A DNA stretch of 64,000 nucleotides, taken from contig NC_086107.1 of assembly GCF_963921235.1 (NCBI RefSeq), positions 95,110,001 through 95,174,000 on the forward strand, read 5' to 3'. Source of the stretch: Mobula hypostoma. Taxonomy: Eukaryota. The notes under the pieces are model-generated. The model ran no database searches, had not been told where the DNA came from, and was given only the letters and a program-made list of their open reading frames with translations. Both the position numbers and the translations under genes were made by a program. Shown one piece after another: positions 1 through 13,109 of this stretch. Numbering within the stretch: position 1 is the first letter of the stretch; every line of letters begins with the position of its first letter.

Positions 1-901
1 CATAAGTACAGGTTCAATGGAAAAACTTCATACAACAGAATCTCAGACAGATAGCATCAGATATACAACATTCACAGGAAAAGCATCAACTAAACAGATG
101 GAAAATGCAACAAAAATAAATAAAGTACTTTTTCGCGTAAAGTGATCAAAGTTAAGTAGCTGTTCTCAAGTCTGGTGGGATGTGCTTTCAGGCTTTTATA
201 TCTTCTGCCCGATGGGAGAAGAGAGAATGTCTGAGGTGGGTGGGGTCTTTGGTTGTGTTGACTGCGTTACAGAGACAGTGGAAAGTGCGGACGGACTTCA
301 TGGAGGGGAGTCTGGTTCCTGTGATGTGCTGAGCTGTGTCCTCACTCTCTGCAGTTTAATGCAGTCACAGGCGGAAATATGCCGTACCAAACTGTGATAC
401 AGCTGTGGTGCATCAATTAAAAATGACAATGAAGGACACAGTCGGAACAAAACAAAATCTATTTTAGTGCTAAATAGTCACCTTATTGCTCTTCTGGTGT
501 AATGATTAGGGCTGTGCAGATTGGTTCAAGAACTGAATGGTCAGTCATGGAGCATTGTAGCATTGAAATAGGCCCTTTGGTCCATTTACCCCATGCCGAA
601 TGGTTATTCTGCCTAGTCACATCGACCCACACATAGACCATACTCCTCTCATCAATGTGCACATTCAAACCTTTCTTAAATGTTGCAGTCGAACCTGCAC
701 CCACCACTTCCACTGGCGTCTTGTTCCAAACGCATACCACCCTCTGAGTGAAGAAGTTCCCCCTCAACCTCCCTTTAAATATTTCACCTTTAACCTTCAA
801 CATGACTTCTAGTTCTGTGGAAATTTGCCCATCTATACTCATAATTTTGTATATTTCTATCATATTCCTTCGCCCTAGGGAATACAATCCTAACCTATTA
901 G

Positions 902-1497
902 TGTCGTGGTTTCTCGTTTCTTACAAACAACAAGGAGACGCAGAAAATCCTTCAAGACGTTTTAAACTTTAATTTGCAAATCAAAGCTGAGACAATCAGA
1001 AAGCTAGTAGCTGACTGCCCATCGAGGCTTGTACACAGCATTTTTTATAGCAATCTCCTATCTTAGCTACATTATCATATCCAGACGGCCTGTGATCACA
1101 TATCATCAATACATCTGCTCTCGACCTTCCACTATCGTTTTACTCCCCAATTTAATCATGTCCTAGTTTACTTTTTAGACCAGATGTCCCCTCATCCCTA
1201 ACCACAGTTATTTCTTAATTGGTCTTGTTTTGACATACTGCCACATATTTCATTACCTTACTCGCCACCGTTATCTTCCTACTTGGTTTCATTCTAGTTC
1301 TCTTCATGAATTAATAGTGATTAGGTCAAAAGTCATGGCTACATAGTGAATACCCTCTATTCAGCTAGCAGTGGTTACATAGTAAATATAGAAAATATAA
1401 TGTGTGCATTTGAGTGAATACTGAAATACTGTTGAGTAAATATTGTAAATACTGTAATACATAGAAAATACAATGTATGCGTTTACATTTTCCAATA
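902..1497 (-). repeat. ERV 3' LTR
   Basis: Near-identical to 8408-9002 (roughly a dozen differences by eye). Minus-strand TATAAAAA at ~1042-1049 and ATTAAA at 968-973. Purine-rich PPT-like CTCAAAGGGCGGA at 1501-1513 just inside. Confidence 0.95.
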
Positions 1498-1725
1498 TAA
1501 TCCGCCCTTTGAGACCCACAGGGTCTCATACAGAGAGAGAGAGGACTGAGAGTCTATGCACAAAAGCTCAAATAAAGCCATGCATTTACTCCCAAATTTG
1601 GGTTAAACTATAGTTTTCTGCGCTTAAGACTCAAAGTGTTCTCTCCCTAACTCCCTAGGCCGCTGAGCCAAAAACCCATCCCTTCGTAACTGAGACAGGA
1701 AAAAAGACTCGGGAGCCTTCACAGC

Positions 1726-3368
1726 CTAATCCCCACATATCTCATCTCTCTCCTGTTCGTCTTGCGTGTCTCGTAGACTGTACGAATACATCATTGGTGT
1801 CTCCTTCTCCATAGGGCTCGACCCAACAATTTCCAGGAGCATTGGAAACCGTTTCATTGCAGCACGCACTACAAGCGACTTGAGGCATGGAAGAAAACAG
1901 CACAGAATGACCGCACAGCTTAGCAATACAATACCAATGGTTACTGCAATCTTGGTCAGCCATGCTCCCCATCCTCCTAGTTTACTATTTAACCAGTCAA
2001 AGAACTGATGTCCAAACCCTGCATTTTGTTTAACTTCCTTTCTTAAATTTTTCAGTTTATTCATTGCTCTGGTAAACGATCCCTCCAGACTAGCATTATT
2101 TGGTATAAAAGTACAGCACTGTTCCCCAAGCATTACACAAACTCCTCCTTTCTCTGCCAATAGCCAGTCTAGTACCTGTCTATTCTGCCACGCCACTCTG
2201 CTGGTTGCATCTAGCTGCTGCCCCAAGGCCTCTAGTGCATCATCAGTGTAGTTAATGAATCTCTGTTGATTATAATATATATAATTTATCCATTCAACAT
2301 TTTTACTAACCCCTATTATAGGTGTAAGTGCCTCCCAGCCCGCAGCAATCTCATTTCTTGCCTTAAATTCATCAGGTATACCTCTCGGCTGTCCTATACT
2401 GTCGATTTGGATTGTTGGATCAGGTTCATATTTTCTCTTCCTTCGTCGCAGTATCTGCTGCTTCAGAGCGTCAAATTGTACTTCAGGGGATACTACAACT
2501 TCTTGAATCAGCATAACTCGTGTACATGTACCTGTCCAACCGAGGGGGAGCGTGGATCTCAGACCTCCCTCCTTCCCACAGAGCCACCAGGTATCTGCTA
2601 ACAGGATGGTCTGGGCATCCAGTGCACCATCGGGCGGAGGGGTACCTGTCTTGTATCTCTGGCCTGGGGTTACATCCCAAGTCTTAGCACAGTTACCACT
2701 GAAATGTCCAACCAAGAGATCACCCGTCCGTGTGAAACATTCATAACTCAAATGCTCCTGCACTTTGAGCTTTCCCAAAGTGGGTGTTTGGCTTCTTTTA
2801 TTCATAGCCCACGGTCTGCTGTAATTGCGGTTAGAGGCAAGCTTGTTTTGATCATACTGCGAGGAAGCCTGGTATAACATACACCAATAAGGGCACATTG
2901 GTGTGTTATCAATACATTTCCGATAACAAGGATCTATCCTGCTACAAATTCCCATACTGCAGGTCTTGACTATACTTGGACACTGCTGCGCACACTGCCC
3001 CCTCCGCTCCTTTCGCCGTTGCGTGCAGGTGGAAGAGTTGTATGGCATGGGGACTACATATTGCACTGGACTTGCCCTTGAGCATAGATAACAATTCTGT
3101 CTCTTCATCATCCCTGCTGTATAATTTGCCCATTGGTACCACGTGTTCTGGTACCATGGTACGGAGATAACCATTGTGCTCCTCTTACTCCTTTCTCTCA
3201 GATTTGGTGGGATCCTAACAGTCCCATGCCACATCTGCCAAATTAATGGTCTCCAAATCTGCACAAGATCTGAGTGTATCATCCCGGGGGGTGGGGGGGG
3301 GGGTGCGGGACTGGTCGCCCCCAAGTCGTCCCCATTATCTGGAAGAGTACTACCATCCATAACCCCAT
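1726..3368 (-). CDS. env: ERV envelope glycoprotein (gamma-type), single -1 indel in a G11 run
   Basis: Signal-like MGLWMVVLFQIMGTTWG from ATG 3368 in the pol+1 frame. SU CxxC (CYLC), furin site RRRKR, ISD-like WQNRQVLDWLLAEKGGVC, CX6CC (CVMLGEQCC), TM anchor IAVTIGIVLLSCAVILCC, stop at 1726. Confidence 0.88.
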
Positions 3369-5830
3369 CCTTAGGATCTTCGGGCCTGTCCTCAGGACCA
3401 AAAATTTCCCTTATTACTCGGTCAAGTTCCTGCGGTTCAGTGTCAGCTTCTTGTTGCTCTTGTCTGTCCCCTACTGTTTGTTCCTCTTCACCACTTACCT
3501 CGGGTGGCCCACCTGACTGTACCTGCGGGATTGCTCTAGTGCAGTGATTGAGATGATACCAGGTGGAGCGTCCTTCCACTTGAACTGCGGTGGGTGATGC
3601 TTTGGTCACTGTAAAGAGCCCTTGCCTTCTGGGTTCGTTCCACTTTTTTCGAAACGCTCGCACGTAGACCTGATCGCCTGGCTTGATTGGTCCTTCCCCT
3701 TGATCAATCTCTGGCTCTTTCTGTTTTTCCTGTACATAAATAGACTTATGCATCATAGTTAATTGCCGCATGCATTGTTTTAATTCCAATTCCAGTTGTT
3801 CTAAACTAGGCCCTTTGTATGGTCCTCTCCACTGGGGCACTGGCATGGGCCTTCCGGTTAGCATTTCATGCGGTGTTAGACACGTCATCCGATTAGTCTG
3901 CATGCGGTAACTCATTAATGCTAATGGTGGTGCATCGACCCAATTAAGTTTAGTATCTGCACAGATTTTGTTTAGTTTGGTTTTTAAGGTCCCGTTAATT
4001 CTTTCCACCATACCCTGCGACTGAGGGTGATACACACATCCAAATCTCTGCTTTATTCTCAGTGCTCGCAGAACTAACTTGACCACTTTTTGAATGAAAG
4101 CTGAACCATTGTCTGAGCTAATTTCTGTCGGTATCCCAAACCTTGGGATCACTTCGTTTGTCAGGAATTTCACCACTGTTCCTGCCCCTTGATCTTTCGA
4201 GGGTGCTGCCTCTACCCATCTGCTGAATCTGTCCATTACCATCAACATGTATCTTTTCCCTCTTACTGTTTTTATCATGTCTACATAGTCAATCACTTGG
4301 TGTTTAAATGGCCCTTCAGGTACGGGTATATGACCTATTGGGGTTGTAATTCCTTTCCGATTATTATTCTGCACACATATCTCGCACTGTGACAACACAT
4401 GGTCTACTGAAGCCTGTAAATAAGGCGACCAAAATCCATTCTTTTTTATTTTTCTTATTACTTCCCCCCTTGCACAATGATCCATCCCATGTGCTTCTGA
4501 GATCAGGATAGTCAGTAAAGGGGTGGGAGCTACCAGTAGGCCATCTTCCGTGGTCCATAGGCCTTCTGGGATTTGCTTGCCCCCCCCCCCCACTTCGTCT
4601 CCACAGTGTTTGTTCTGCCAAAGTTGCCTTTCCCTGTATTTCAATTAGGTCCTCTACCATAGGTTCCGGCTCTAGACTTACCTGGGGTGCGCTGACAACG
4701 GATGTACACCCTGACGCTTTCCTGGCTGCTTCATCTGCAGCTTGATTTCCCCTTGTTACTGTATCGTTTCCTTTTTTATGTCCCTGGCATTTTACTATAG
4801 CCAGTGCTTTAGGTTTCATCAGCGCTTTTATTAGATCTAAAATCCGCTGACAGTGCTGTATGGGATCTCCACTGCTCTTTTTAAAACCTCTCTGTTTCCA
4901 CACTGTAGATTACTCCCCAAGCTTGTATGTCCTACTTCCTTCATTATTTTCCTTAGTGGCGTTACAATTTCAGCATATTCCCCAATCCAATCTGAACTAT
5001 ATCCTGTCAGTCCCAGAAACGTCATCATCTGTCTCACTGTCTGGGGTTTGAGAGCTTTAGTTATAGCCTCAATTTGATCCGGCGCTATCGCCTTCACTCC
5101 CTTGGATATCACTCTACCTAGGTATTCTACCTGTTGCTTGCAAAATTGCAGCTTCTTTCTAGATACCTTATGCCCTCCATGCGCCAGTCTCTCTAAAAGG
5201 GTTATGGTATCCTGTTCACACTGTCCCTCACTCTCGGAGCAAATCAACAAATCATCCACATACTCTATCAATGTACTTTCCAACGATATGCCCTCTAGGT
5301 CCGCTTTTAACTCTTGATTAAATACGTGTGGTGAATGTTTAAATCCTTGAGGCATTCTAGTGTAGGTATACTGGTTATTTCTGTGTGTAAATGCAAATAG
5401 ATACTGACACTGATCTGCCAGGGGAACGCTGAAAAAAGCCGAACACAAATCAATCACTGAAAAATAGTCTGCCTCTGGTGGAACATTAGTCAAGAGCGTG
5501 TGTGGGTTGGGAACTACCGCTGGCCAGTCTTTCATTACCTCATTCACCGCTCGCAAGTCATGCACCAGTCTCCATTTAGATTTATCCGCTTTAAGGACAG
5601 GTAACAGTGGGGTATTACATGGGCTGTCTGTCCTTAAGTACTCCTGCCTCCAGTAGCCCCTGTATCGTTGGCGCTATTCCCTCTTCTGCCTCTGGTTTCA
5701 GGGGATATTGTGGTCTCCTGGGTGGAACTGCTCCCTTTTTCAGCTTTATTTCTACTGGACTAGCTGTTCTTATTTTCCCTACATCCGTGTCATGTTGTGA
5801 CCACAGAATAGATGGTAACCTATCTAGCCT
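3215..5830 (-). pseudogene. pol: ERV pol: RT, C-terminal RNase H and integrase; protease and connection domain absent
   Basis: RT motifs QYPL, HDLRAVN, IDLCSAFFS, RMPQGF, YVDD. RNase H tail WKQRGF...VKCQGH...GNQAAD. Integrase HHCC, D-D-E (IDY, SDNG, VERINGTLK) and a GPY/F-like region. Frameshifts near 5625, 4903, 4585 and 3295. Confidence 0.93.
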
Positions 5831-7750
5831 GTTATCTCTCTGCCCCCTTCCTTGGGATTTCCAGTCCTGTCTGGGCTGCTGTTTAAATTTATTCTGTCCC
5901 TGATAGGGCATTTGCGAGAAAAGCTCCCTCAAAGACGTTTATTATTGGCATGGGGTTTTCCGGACTCTGTCTTACGGCACGACCGGTCCCTCCATATAAT
6001 GGCATTTCATTCATTTCAACGGCTGTGCTTAAATCGGTCATTGCTGGCTGCATCTTCTTGCCTTTTTCTTTTTCCTTTTTAAGTTCTCCAAGCTGCGTTT
6101 GTATCAGCTTTCTTTGCTTCTTGCTGCTCAGTCAACTTTCGTTTGTCTTTTCGATATTTTTCGACCGTATGGGCTACGTGGTCCCTGAATTCCTGTGGGG
6201 TCATTGACATCAGTCCGGCCACTTCCTCAAGTTTAGACTTAACTTGGGAAGGCATCGCATCCAAAACAGCACTTCGGAACATCCAGGTCATAAACGGGTT
6301 GCCTTCCACCTCTTGTTCAGTTTCCAGTCTCCCACCTTTTCAACTGATTTTCTATGTAGGCTACTGGATTTTCAGTGTCTCCCAGTGGATCCCTTTTCAT
6401 GGCTTTGGGGTCCATTTTGGGTGGATAGAGCTCCCTGAGGGCCCCCCATACCCTCTGCCTCACTGTGTCAAATCTGGCCCCGTCAATCAGTGTGCTGTCC
6501 GCATTCTGTATGCCAGCCGCTTCCATCAGCTCTCGCAGTCCGGAGGTTCCCATCAGCCTTATCAGCAGCGCCTTCAAATCTCCCATAGCCAACATTCGTC
6601 CCGTGGTTTCTTCCTCAAAGGCCCTAATCCATTTCCCTGCACCCTCATGTAGGCTGGGCAGGGTGTTTTTCAGCCCTTCCAGGTCCTGGGATCCCCAAGG
6701 AATATACTGTACTTGTTCCAATCCTTTTACTAACAACGGCATCATTCTTCCTCTCCTTTCCCACATCTCCTGACTCTCCTCCTCGCCTGACTCCCCATCT
6801 GTTTCTGAGCACGTTTTCACTGGCTGCCACATGATTCTTTCCGGGGTTTCCTTTCTCCCTTGGCCTCCTCGTGGAGTTCTTTCTTTCTGCCTTGAGCTAG
6901 CATTTGCTTTGGCCCATGCGAAATCCTCAAACTCTCGTTGGAAATTCAGTCTGCGCTGTAATTCCCTAATCTCTCCCTCTGTTTCTAATATCTGCCTTTT
7001 CACTCTCTCTTTTTCCCCTTCAAGGCTCTTGTCTCCTATCCTCTGCCTACATTCTCCGGCACCCTCTCTTTCGCTACTTAACTCTTGCCCACCCGACAAG
7101 TTACCTTCTGCTCTAGCCTGCTCAGCTCCGTGTCCATGTAACAAAGATTTCTCTTCATCCCTTTTCGCTCTTAATTCCTGTAACCCTTTGATCTCTTCTT
7201 CTATTTCCCTTTTCTCCTGCTCCTTTTCGTGATTCTTTCTTTCTTCCTCGGTATCCCAGCCTATAATTTCTCCATTTAGATCCACTCTTCCTGTTATCAT
7301 CGGACACTGCTTAAGGGTTTTTCTCTCGTAATAGGGAGGAGGTTTTTCTACGTCTTTCAGGTCTGGGTATAGAGCCGAAGCCGGCTCCCTGTTATGCTTT
7401 TCCTTTTCTTTATCAGCCTGCTCGTTTCGTTTCTCAGTGTCTTTTCTACTTACTATTAATATACCTCCCGTCTTTCTTAATCTTTCTCCCTCCAGCCTAA
7501 AGAGTTTTAACACTTCAATTTCTTGTTCCCTTTTTCCTTCTCTTTTCTTAGATTTATCTTTGGGTTTGTGATTTTTAATTAGCGCTTCCATTTCCTCACA
7601 TAAGCTTACATCAAACGTTCCTTCTCTTGGCCATTTCGTGACCAGTTCTTTAGTTCTTTTTTCCCATTTTTCTGAAATTTCCACGATCTTACCTTGACAC
7701 ACCGGGAATTTTCTGCTCAATAGTTCTACTGCTGTTCCTTTCTCTGTCAT
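5830..7750 (-). pseudogene. gag: ERV gag (frameshifted; nucleocapsid zinc knuckle missing)
   Basis: 477-aa ORF 6317..7750 with WPxEGTFD, LYPDL and PPPY late-domain motifs and a capsid-like region. It continues in shifted frames (6079..6309, then ~5932-5830). Confidence 0.85.
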
Positions 7751-8385
7751 GTTGCTCTCTTTTTCCTTTTTCTATTATGGTATTTTTAGAATCTCACTAC
7801 TTGCCTATTTAATAGTACTATTTTTCTAACTCTATTTCTATGCCTAGCCTTATGGTTTATCTCACCAGCGTCTGAATTCTCTATCAAACTATCTTTGTCT
7901 CTTACTACGTTCTGCCCGTGCAGATCCCTACTTAGGGCGATATCCACAGAACCTTTTACACCTCGCCTATGCAGACCCTTACACTTCTTAAGGCGGTATT
8001 CACGAGGATTTTTAATTCTCCTTCCCTGCCTGTTCAGACCTCCGTTTCGTGCGAAGCGGTATCCACAGGGACTTACCAACACCACGTGGAACTTTCTTAC
8101 TTATCTTGTACTTACCCCCACTGCCGTGCTCTTGATTAATCCTCTGAGCCTCCTTTTATCCCCGATTCTGCCAGATTCTTTGGATCGGAGAGACCTTTCG
8201 GCAGTTGCTTCACACTTCTGAGTCCCCGAGACCCCCCAAAACCAACAGAATTCTTAGTCCGAATTATCGCAAAAAGCGCTCACTTTTTTCTTTGGGTGCA
8301 CCCTTAATTATGTTAGCCTCGTGAGGGTCCCCGAGACCGGGAAGCGTCCCAATCTGCCGTTCCCTTCCTCGCGGGTCTCTATCCG

Positions 8386-8403
8386 ATCCTGTTCGTGACG
8401 CCA
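8386..8403 (-). promoter_or_regulatory. Primer binding site, complementary to the tRNA-Ser(CGA) 3' end
   Basis: Minus strand TGGCGTCACGAACAGGAT. The plus strand ATCCTGTTCGTGACGCCA equals the last 18 nt of vertebrate tRNA-Ser(CGA) as I recall it. Confidence 0.8.
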
Positions 8404-8407
8404 ATTT

Positions 8408-9002
8408 TGTCGAGGTTTCTCGTTTCTTACAAACAACAAGGAGACGCAGAAAATCCTTCAAGACGTTTTAAACTTTAATTTGCAAATCAAAGCTGAGACA
8501 ATCAGAAAGCTAGTAGCTGACTGCCCATCGAGGCTTGTACACAGCATTTTTTATAGCAATCTCCTATCTTAGCTACATTATCATATCCAGACGGCCTGTG
8601 ATCACATATCAATACATCCGCTCTCGACCTTCCACTATTGTTTTACTCCCCAATTTAATTATGTCCTAGTTTACTTTTTAGACCAGGTGTCTCCTCATCC
8701 CTAACCACAGTTATTTCTTAATTGGTCTTGTTTTGACATACTGCCACATAGTTCATTACCTTACTTTCATTACCGTTATCTTCCTACTTGGTTTCATTCT
8801 AGTTCTCTTCATGAATTAATAGTGATTAGGTCAAAAGTCATGGCTACATAGTGAATACCCTCTATTCAGCTAGCAGTGGTTACATAGTAAATATAGAAAA
8901 TATAATGTGTGCATTTGAGTGAATACTGAAATACTGTTGAGTAAATATTGTAAATACTGTAATACATAGAAAATACAATGTATGCGTTTACATTTTCCAA
9001 TA
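8408..9002 (-). repeat. ERV 5' LTR
   Basis: Direct repeat of 902-1497. Ends ...CGACA on the minus strand and is followed 4 nt later by the PBS. Confidence 0.95.
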
Positions 9003-9792
9003 TTAGCTCAGGTCTTCAAGTCCCGGCAGCATCCACGTAAATTTTCTGTATTCTTTCAATCCAACTGAAAACTTTCCTGTACATAGGTGACTTTAGAACT
9101 ACACACAAATTAGGCCTCACCAATGTCTCATACAACTTCTCCTGTAGGCAGTATTTTGATTTATAAAGGCCAATGTGCCAGAAGTTCTCTTTGCAACACT
9201 ATCTACCTGTGACGTCACGTTCTTGGAAATATTATCTGTATGCCCATATCCCTCTACTTTACTGTACTCAATGCCCCTAATGTTCACTGTGTAAGTCCTA
9301 CAAATCTGCAAGCCTCATACTTTGCTGCATGAAATTGAATCTGCCATTTTCAACCCATTTTTCCAGCTAGTCTAGATTCTGCTGCAGGTTTTGACAGCCT
9401 TCCTCACTACCACAGCCTCAATCTTGGTGTCATTCAAAGTTCAAAGTAAATTTATTATCACCATATACAACCCTGAGATTCATTTTCTTGTGGGCATTCT
9501 CAATAAATCTATAGAATGATAACCATTATAGAATCAATGAAAGAAAGACTGCCCAACTAGGGGGTTCAACCAGAGTGCAGAAGACAATAACTGTGCAAAA
9601 ACAAAAAGAAGAAATAATAAATAAATAAGCAATAAATATTAAGAATGTGAGATAAAGAGTGCTTAAAAGTGAGTCCATGGGTTGTGGGAACATTTCAATG
9701 AATGGGGGAGATAAGTTATCCCCTTTGGTTCAAGAACCTGATGGTTGAGGGGTAATAACTGTTTCTGAACCTGGTGCTGGGGGTCCCTGATG

Positions 9793-12440
9793 CTATAACC
9801 ATATAACAATTACAGCACGGAAACAGGCCATCTCGGCCCCTCTATTCCATGCCAAACTCTTACTCTCACCTAGTCCCACCGACCTGCACTCAGCCCATAA
9901 CCCTCCGTTCCTTTCCTGTCCATATATCTATCCAATTTAACTTTAAATGACAACATCGAACCTGTCTCAACCACTTCTGCTGGAAGCTCATTCCATGCAG
10001 CTACCACCCTCTGAGTAAAGAAGTTCCCCCTCATGTTACCCCTAAACTTTTGCCCTTTAACTCTCAACTCATGTCCTCTTGTTTGAATCTCCCCCACTCT
10101 CAATGGAAAAAGCCTATCCACATCAACTCTATCTATCCCCCTCATAATTTTAAATACCTCTATCAAGTCCCCCCTCAACCCTTCTACGCTCCAAAGAATA
10201 AAGACCCAACTTGTTCAACCTTTCTCTGTAACTTAGGTGATGAAACCCAGGCAACATTCTAGTAAATCTTCTCTGTACTCTCTCAATTTTGTTGACATCT
10301 TTCCTATAATTTGGTGACCAGAACTGTACACAATACTCCAAATTTGGCCTCACCGATGCCTTGTACAATTTCAACCCAACTCCTATACTCAATGCTGTGA
10401 TTTATAAAGGCCAGCATACCAAAAGCTTTCTTCACCACCCTATCCACATGAGATTCCACCTTCAGGGAACTATGCACCATTATTCCTAGATTCCTCTGCT
10501 CTACTGCATTCTTCAATGCCCGACCATTTACCCTGTATGTCCTATTTTGATTAGTCCTACCAAAATGTAGCACCTCACATTTATCAGCATTAAAGTCCAT
10601 CTGCCATCTTTCAGCCCACTCTTCTAAGTGGTCTAAATCTCTCTGCAAGCTCTGAAGACCTACTTCATTATCCACAACTCCACCTATCTTAGTATCATCT
10701 GCATACTTACTAATCCAATTGACCACCCCATCATCCAGATCATTTATACGTGTAATATATATATGATGGATGCTGCTTTCCCGCAACAGCATGTGGGAGG
10801 ACTTGGAATGTGTGGGAGGGTTTCACCTGCAAATTTGCTGATCCAGTTTATCATATTATCATCCAGATTATTAATATAAATGACAAACAACACTCCTAGC
10901 ACCGATCCCTGCGAAACACCATGAATCACTGACCTCCAGCTAGAATAAGTGCCTTCGACCACTACTCTCTGTCTTCTGTGGGTAAGCCAGTTCTGAATCC
11001 AAATGGCCAATTCCCCATGGATCCCATACTTCTTAATCTTCTGGATGTGCCTACCATGAGGGACCTTATTAAACACCTTACTAAAAGCCATATAGACAAC
11101 ATCCACAGCAATACCTTCATCAATCGCCCTTGTCACCTTTTCAGAAAACTCAATCAAGTTAGTAAGACATTTCTTGCCCGCACAAAGCCATGCTGGTATT
11201 CACTGATTGGGCTATGTTTTTCCAAATGCTGGTAAATCCTGTCCCTAAGAATTCTGTCTGGTAATTTCCTTACCACCAGTGTGAGACTCACTGGTCTATA
11301 GTTTCCAGGATTATCCCTGGTTCCCTTCTTCAGTAATTGACCATCTGCTGCCACTCGAGCTAAGGCAGTGTTGAATCCAGTTACTATTTCATGCTAAATG
11401 CCCAGTGACGGAAGCTCCTGACCAGCCTCTCATGTAGGACTTTGGCAAAGGCCTTGCTAAAGTCCATGCAGACAACATCTACTGCCTTTCCTTCATAAAT
11501 TTTCCTGGTAACCTCCTCGAAAAGCATTAAGATTGGTTAGATATGACCTACCACACATAAATCCATGTTGACTATCCCTAATCAGGCCTCGTCTATCCAA
11601 ATACTTGTATATCCCATCCCTTACAATACTTTCCATGACTGGTGAAGGGTCTCGGCCGAAAACAATGACTTTTTACTCTTTTTCCATAGATGCTGCCTGG
11701 CCTGCTGATTTCCTCCAGCATTTTGTATGTGTTGCTTAAATTTTCAACATATGCAGATTTTCTCTTGTTTGTGTCCCAATTTAAAATCTCAACCAGAAGA
11801 CCAGTCCTATCCTTCTCCATAATTATCTTGAAACTAATGGAATTATGATCACTAGATCCAAAGTGTTCCCTTAGAAACATTTCTGCCATCTATCCTGTCT
11901 CATTCCCTAATAGGAGATCCAGTATTGCGTTCTCTCCAGCTGGGACCTCTACATATTGACAAACTCTATCCCTTTCAGCATTTTTACATTATGGGAGTTT
12001 GAGTCAATATGTCTAAAGTTAAAATCACCTACTATCACAACTTTGTTTCTTGCAACAGTATGCAATCTCTCCATAGATTAACTCTTCTAAATCCTGCGGA
12101 ATTTTGGATTGTCTGTATTATAATACCATTAACGAGTTCATCCTTTTCTTATTCCTCAGTTCCATCTCAGTGAATGAGCCCTCCTGTGTGTCTTGTCTGA
12201 GAACCTCCATGACATTTTCCCTGACTAGTAATGCCACCGCACCATCACTAATACCTCCTGCTCTATCATGTCTACAGCAACAGATCTCGGAACACTGAGC
12301 TGCCAGCCCTGCCTCTCCTGCAACCAAGTCTTTAATGGGTACATTATCTTAATTACATGTGCTGATCCAGGCTCTAAGCTGATCCGCCTTACCTACAATA
12401 CTCCTTGCATTGAAATGTACACAGTTCAGAATATTACTTC
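9793..12440 (-). mobile_element. Nested CR1 LINE fragments (RT and APE pieces)
   Basis: ORFs with [35 protein letters not shown]; short repeat tail near 9795. Confidence 0.8.
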
Positions 12441-13109
12441 CACCATGCTGAGCCTTTTGGTTTCTGTCTTTGTAGCTCGAGGCTGGTGCCAGGGAAATAG
12501 CCCTTTCCTCAATGTCATTAAGGCAAAGGAGATGATTATAGACTTAAGGAACAAAGGTCTTAGGCACATGTATATGGCTAGGATACCTAAAACTGTAAGA
12601 ATGTTATGTATTGCACTGCTGTCATAAAAAGAAACACATTTCATGACACTTGTGAATGATGGTAAACCTGATTCTGATATGGCTCTCTGTTGTGGGAAGG
12701 GGGCAGGGAGAGGGGAGGGAGCGGGAAGCACCAGAGAGACATTCTGTAATGATAAGTAAACCAATTGTTTGGAATCAGATGACCTTGCCTGCTGTCTCAG
12801 GGCTGGGTGTGTCTACACCCGTGCCACTCCCGCCCCCCCCCCAATCCCTAGCACTCCATCCGAGATGCTCCACCTTCATCATTCCCAACATCTTTTGCTC
12901 CCACCAGACTTACGTATGATCTTGCGCTCTGCTCCACGTTGTCGAATACAGTGCTAAGCAAAGGTCTTCAGCACCCAAGCTGTATATAAGATTTTTGCAC
13001 AGTACTGCACATCGCTGGCATAGCAATGGAAACCGCAAGCAGTCTCGAACTCCTGGGAGTGCACACCTTACACAACCTCTCATGGTCCCAGAATACATCC
13101 TCCACATCT

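Larger units (their letters stand above)
902..9002 (-). mobile_element. Endogenous retrovirus provirus, class I (gamma/epsilon-like): LTR-PBS-gag-pol(deleted)-env-PPT-LTR
   Basis: Two ~595-bp direct repeats (902-1497, 8408-9002). TTAG is duplicated at 898-901 and 9003-9006. Gag, RT (YVDD), partial RNase H, integrase and env homology occur in retroviral order. The element is inserted into a CR1 fragment that is continuous across the insertion. Confidence 0.97.
540..9430 (-). mobile_element. CR1-type LINE 3' fragment that hosts the ERV (540-901 and 9003-9430)
   Basis: ORF2 C-terminal motifs (RGNFFTQRVV..WN) at 483-887; CR1-like sequence resumes after the TSD at 9007. Confidence 0.75.

Noticed and set aside
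1726..4644. 972-aa ORF as a genuine novel integrase-envelope fusion gene
   Set aside because: Both its start and the fusion point depend on homopolymer indels (C run ~4580-4591, G11 at 3293-3303); one added base restores ordinary overlapping pol and env.
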